From Octopus sinensis (Eukaryota): a stretch of DNA of 64,000 nucleotides. The notes beneath the pieces were generated by a model that was not told the DNA's origin, did no database searches, and worked only from the letters and a program-made list of their open reading frames with translations. The DNA lies in NCBI RefSeq assembly GCF_006345805.1, contig NC_043009.1, positions 59,210,001-59,274,000 on the forward strand. Direction: 5' to 3'. This document shows positions 63,866-64,000 of the stretch, one piece after another. Each line of letters begins with the position of its first letter. The stretch's first letter is position 1. The position numbers were made by a program, and so were the translations under genes.

Positions 63866-64000
63866 TACACTTTCAGTTTCCGTCTACCAAATCCACTCAC
63901 ACGGCTTTGGTCGGCCCGAGGCTATAGTAGAAGACACTTGCCCAAGGTGCCACGCAGTGGGACTGAACCCGGAACCGTGTGGCTGGTAAACAAGCTACTT
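63594..64000 (-). mobile_element. SINE family C (head runs off the window end)
   Basis: Tail actcttttactctttt; body matches 31894-32315. Confidence 0.92.

Overview
This 64-kb window is repeat-dominated eukaryotic DNA, most likely an intron or intergenic region of an octopus genome. That assignment is inferred from the very high microsatellite density and from tRNA-derived SINEs resembling the published Octopus OK/OR1/OR2 group; it was not confirmed by any search. No intact protein-coding gene can be supported, and nearly all ORFs in the supplied track are microsatellite or SINE read-throughs. Supported features: (1) dozens of tRNA-derived SINE copies from several families, one of which forms head+(body+linker)n arrays with a 183-bp period; (2) two decayed L1/Tx1-clade ORF2 fragments at 13.3-14.9 kb (-) and 47.65-48.18 kb (+); (3) a 2-kb ORF1-only (gag/zinc-knuckle) non-LTR element at 37.7-39.8 kb, with a truncated sister copy directly upstream and a 15-bp duplication matching the tRNA head of a SINE; (4) a textbook non-autonomous Helitron at 8324-8835; (5) a Penelope-like fold-back cluster with minimal hammerhead ribozyme motifs at 15.9-16.75 kb; (6) a mariner 3' remnant; (7) several long palindromes, including 140-bp arms at 58.4-58.7 kb with no mismatch found by eye; (8) weak candidates for three spliced non-coding or short-ORF exons at 20.5-21.7 kb. 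The best candidate for an undescribed system is the apparently SINE-targeting, ORF1-only retroelement. All alignments and translations were done by eye, so coordinates may be off by a few bases.
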